Assembly (NCBI RefSeq): GCF_009914755.1
Contig: NC_060930.1
DNA length: 64,000 nucleotides
DNA from: the human T2T-CHM13v2.0 reference genome, Homo sapiens
Strand: one strand, 5' to 3'
Below the pieces are notes generated by a model. The model was given only the letters and a program-made list of their open reading frames with translations, was not told the DNA's origin and did not search any database. Positions 58,492-64,000 of this stretch are shown here, piece after piece; position 1 is the stretch's first letter, and each line of letters opens with the position of its first letter. The translations under genes were made by a program, and so were the position numbers.

Positions 58492-59763
58492 GCCAGCCAA
58501 CACTTAGCTATCCAAAAAGCAGGTGGTATAATCCCTAGTTACTTTTGCGTGCTTTTTTTCATCCCCTCTACTAGGATGATATATAGGATCCAAGACCCTA
58601 TATATCTATTGGGTCTTGGATTTTTACATCTTTTTCCTGCCCATACTCTCTGATGACTTCTCTGAAAAGGACACTATGCCTTCAATTTGGATTTTGGCTT
58701 GTAATTTCTAGCTGTGAGACCAGTAATCCCTTCTCCTGACTTCAGGTGGGCATTGGTCCCTGTGCCCAATTATAGGGCCTATTCCCAAACATGGGCATAT
58801 GGATTTTGCAGCCTCATCCCTGGGTCGGAACCATTGTCTCTGTATTTTTATCTGTGCCGTGAGAATACTTAGCCGATCAGCCTCTTTGCTCAGGCTTCAG
58901 AAAGATGTGTGGATGAGGACTTTGGAGAGACACTGGCTAATTCTGTGTTAATAGCTCCAATTCTCCTCTCTCAAATACCAATGCCTTTGTCCTAACATTA
59001 TTGAAATGAGTAAAATGTTATTATGAAAACTGTATCCAGAGTGTGTTTAGATGGAACTAGAGGGGAGTATGTAAGTATGTTTGCAATCTGTTAGAGTAAC
59101 CCAGATGTCTGTCATGTTTAAAACTTGGAAAATTTTACCTACTATCTGGATTAAGTGAGATGCTTTGGCAACTCTGAATCTGAATTCTTGCATGAAGAGG
59201 TTGGCTGGAGCAGGCAGCAGCTACCCTCTTCAGACTATATGTGTCCTCCCAGTTTTACACAGTTTCCAGGAGATTCACCTCATCTCACTCATTTACTGAC
59301 CTGCCTGGGCTCTTTTGGCATCTGCATTTTTAACCTTGACAGGAACTTTGGTTTTTAATATTAGTGTGATTTAATTTCAGGCTGAGGAATCCCAGCGATG
59401 TTAGGTTTGCTTAAATCATTTGTAACTGAGATATGAGAACCAAATTTGCATTTTGGAAAGGTAGGACATAGTGTGAAAGGCGGTTTCACGAATTCTATAT
59501 TAAATATCATCATTGTTAGTGCTTGACCTGGTTTAAATATTGAGTCACTGTTGGTATGTGTTACCTTGGAAGCTGAGTTTAGAACTAAAATAATGGGAAA
59601 TACTACAGTTACGAATCAAAAAGGTTGACTTGCAGTCCTAATCTTGAAGACTTTGGGTAATGTAGAAGCAAATGAATATGAGAAATATGAGGCACTTAGA
59701 AATAGAAACAACTAAGATAAGAAAAGTCCCCACATATGACCAGCTGAGAAGTAGAGTACTTAC

Positions 59764-59784
59764 TTGCGGTTCTCTGTGAAATTA
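59764..59784 (-). CDS. TSBP1: TSBP1 21-nt microexon (I)ISQRTA, copy B
   Basis: tttgcttatttttcAG|TAATTTCACAGAGAACCGCAA|GTAAGT. Confidence 0.9.
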
Positions 59785-60400
59785 CTGAAAAATAAGCAAA
59801 CAGAAATCCATTTAATTTTTCTCAAATAGAAAACACATAGTATTATCTAATATATTTTGCTGGAGTCTGTGAGGGGAGGACTTGGGTGGGCAGTGAAGGA
59901 GGTATTCCAAACCACCCTATAGATTATTTGGTTTTAGATTAGTTTTATAATGCAAAACTAGATGTAAGATTTAGCAGTGATGATGTAATGACGAAGTCAA
60001 AGGTAGAGTTTCCTTAAAGGCCCTCTCCACTTATTGGACCTGAACAGCTTTGGGCATAGTGTTGGGAAAAGACCACTGGATCCTTGCACTATAATGTTTG
60101 AAAGAACACTGAAGGTTTCTCTCCATTTAGACATCATTTTGGATTTCATCTCTCTCTCTCTTTCTCTCTCCACCCCCCTGAAAATTCCTCCTACTATGAA
60201 ATAATATTTCATAGTATTGTTCAGTTTATTGTTGATGAATGCTAGCTTAGTCCCGCTTTTAATTAGTATTTTAAAAAAATTATAGGGCAAGCAGGGTAAT
60301 AAGGAAGCAAGAGAAGAATGGGAAACTCAAATCACTTTGACAGAAGTGAAATGAAGGGGACCATAGAGAACCAAAGAAGAAAAAGAGATGTTATACTTAC

Positions 60401-60421
60401 TTATGGGTGCCATGGGTGGAC
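60401..60421 (-). CDS. TSBP1: TSBP1 21-nt microexon (G)PPMAPI
   Basis: tttggtttttAG|GTCCACCCATGGCACCCATAA|GTAAGT. Confidence 0.92.
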   Translation of the reverse strand, partial: VHPWHP

Positions 60422-60872
60422 CTAAAAACCAAATTAGATATTGGTGAAGATTTCTTTGAAGGAAACAAGGTTCCCTCTAGGGAGGTATATTTGTGTAGGG
60501 GAGAAACTTGGACACCTTTCTGGGTCTAAATTATGATTCTATGACTATGTATTCTTGAGTAAGTATTTGGCTCAGTTTCTTATCTCTTACAAAGGGATTG
60601 GTGGAATTATTCTAAGGATTAAATGAGGTAATGTAATTAAAGCACTTAAATAGTTCTAGAGGAGATACAAAGTAAATATATGTTTGAAATTATGTAAATA
60701 TAACTTCTTTCTCAGGGAGAAGCTGGATGAGCAGAAGGCAGAGGAAACTGGAAGCTTTGAGTCAGGTAGCTGCACACAGTTAGAAATGAGCAGGGTAGAG
60801 ACAGGTCTCTAAGCCTTGCAGGGAACAACAAGAACAACAACAGAAAAGAGTAGAAAAAGAAATGGAACTTAC

Positions 60873-60896
60873 CGCGGGGTGCTGAAGGTGGACCAG
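60873..60896 (-). CDS. TSBP1: TSBP1 24-nt microexon (A/T)GPPSAPR
   Basis: ctctctgtttttcAG|CTGGTCCACCTTCAGCACCCCGCG|GTAAGT. Confidence 0.92.
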
Positions 60897-61941
60897 CTGA
60901 AAAACAGAGAGGTATCTTAGCAACTGTTTTTTCTCCCATGATATTTTCCTTTCTATGTAGAGAGTTTCTTCTTGGTAGGTCATTATAACAATAGGGAAAA
61001 CTTTCCCTTTGGTATTCATTTATTTTTAATATGAATCAGCAGAATGTGAACTTTCAAAAAATCATTAATAACTTCATGGAATTTTGATGATAGGAAAGTA
61101 AGTGGTTAAAGTAGTATGCACCCCAAGCCTGGAAATCTTAGCTGTACCAGGGAAAGGAGAGATTCCAGAATCCTACGGTGGTGAAAACATGGACATACTG
61201 ATGGCAAGTGAAATGAATCCAGCTTGCAACTAGACCAGAAACAATTATCTCCTTTTTCTTTCCCCATTGCTCAAATTGTCTTTCAGTTTGTTAAGTCCCT
61301 TGTAATATATCATTTTGACCTGCTGATAAACTTTCTCCCCTTCCCTTTATTTTTTAATAAAATAGTAAGTTTGATTTTTTCCATAGAGTTATTTAAAAGG
61401 TGAGAGAATGATGTGTCACATGAAAGCAAAACACGGAGGAAATAACAACTTAAAGTTGTTATTTAAAGTTTAGGCTTAAATCCTCTAAAGTCTCTAAAAG
61501 GTGATACAAATTTTTCTTAGATGTTTTGGAATTTAAATGTGGAAAAAAGAGACCAGATATGGCAGGAGGTTCAAATGAAAAAGGGTTATAGAAACTTCTT
61601 ATCTACTCCTTTCTCTCCTACCATTTTTTCCCTTTTTAAGGTAGTCTCTTGTTGATGGGCTTTGAAATTTTGTAAAATTTTTTTCTCTGCTCTGACTTAT
61701 CTCTTCCCTTTTTGCAGTGACTGGTAACTGCTTGAAATCCTGCAGGGGATTGTAAATTGATAGTCTTAAAACTTTCCAGTACATCATGAATAATGCAGAG
61801 AGGTTTTGATAATGAGACAGCAAGAGGCCAAGATATATCTCAAGCCCTTTGTATCCCAATATGGGCAGATAAAGACTCTTGGACTCCACTAGAGACCAAC
61901 TGAGTCCTAAAGGAGAGAATTCAATGAACACATAGACTTAC

Positions 61942-61965
61942 TGATTGTGTGAGGATGCGATCTGA
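61942..61965 (-). CDS. TSBP1: TSBP1 24-nt cassette microexon (V)RSHPHTI
   Basis: tttgcttgtttttcAG|TCAGATCGCATCCTCACACAATCA|GTAAGT; phase 1-1 and open; probably an alternative-isoform exon. Confidence 0.75.
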
Positions 61966-62347
61966 CTGAAAAACAAGCAAAGATACTTTTTGTTACCCCT
62001 TTCTTGTTTCTTTTCCTACTCATTTTTTTTTCTATTGGTAAATTTACTAGTGATATACTTGCTTGAACATTTTTTTTTAAATCAAAGGCACTAGAAATTT
62101 CCAGAAAACTAATTATCAGCTGGTTGAATTCTGGATAATGGAAAAACAAAAGGCTGAGAAAATAGAACTTCAAGTTCCATGTTGCAACTCAAGTTCCAAT
62201 AGACATCAGTGGACTTTGATAAATGCACCACAGAGAAACAAATAAATAACTGACTAATTGCCTGTATAGATGACTTATCTAGAAAGCAGAAATGGATCTA
62301 TATCATTTTTCTGTCATTTTTTTTCCTTCTGCATGGAAAGTTCCTAA

Positions 62348-63785
<1,438 letters not shown>

Positions 63786-63940
63786 ATATATTTGTGTTCT
63801 GAGTAATGGAAAAATAAGGGACCAAGGAAATTGGAACATTATCATATCACAATGTGGATGCATACATTTTGGCTTAAGATATGTTAGACACTGCTGGAGA
63901 TAATTGAGTTTCACTCATGAAGGGAAATGGTCAAACTTAC

Positions 63941-63955
63941 AAGAGGATCCTGTAG
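63941..63955 (-). CDS. TSBP1: Candidate 15-nt cassette microexon (x)TGSS
   Basis: atctttgtttttcAG|CTACAGGATCCTCTT|GTAAGT; consensus splice sites, frame preserving. Confidence 0.55.
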
Positions 63956-64000
63956 CTGAAAAACAAAGATAAATCAACGTGTACAGCCTGCTGAAAGAGG

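Larger units (their letters stand above)
54219..60798. repeat. Tandem segmental duplication, copy B (interrupted by two L1 insertions)
   Basis: Colinear with copy A outside 54336-56237 and 57974-58491; carries the GPPMAPI and IISQRTA exons. Confidence 0.93.

Overview
Human (primate) genomic DNA, very rich in repeats. I recognise it as the MHC class II/III border (6p21.32). It holds the 3' half of TSBP1 (C6orf10) on the minus strand. That half is a chain of 15-, 21- and 24-nt phase-1 microexons (eight spell the protein as I recall it; at least three more with equally good splice sites do not) followed by a large terminal exon with 13 x 15-aa repeats. A candidate alternative terminal exon lies ~4 kb further downstream. 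Two microexons were duplicated in a ~4.4-kb tandem segmental duplication with an Alu fragment at its junction and an apparent gene-conversion tract. An HNRNPA1 processed pseudogene lies antisense in an intron. The rest is L1/Alu/LTR/MIR/L2 sequence. It includes two L1 3' transductions bounded by TSDs, an orphan polyadenylated 3'UTR-like insert, two short templated insertions and a young AluYa5. Gene and subfamily names come from recall, not a database search, and repeat boundaries are approximate.
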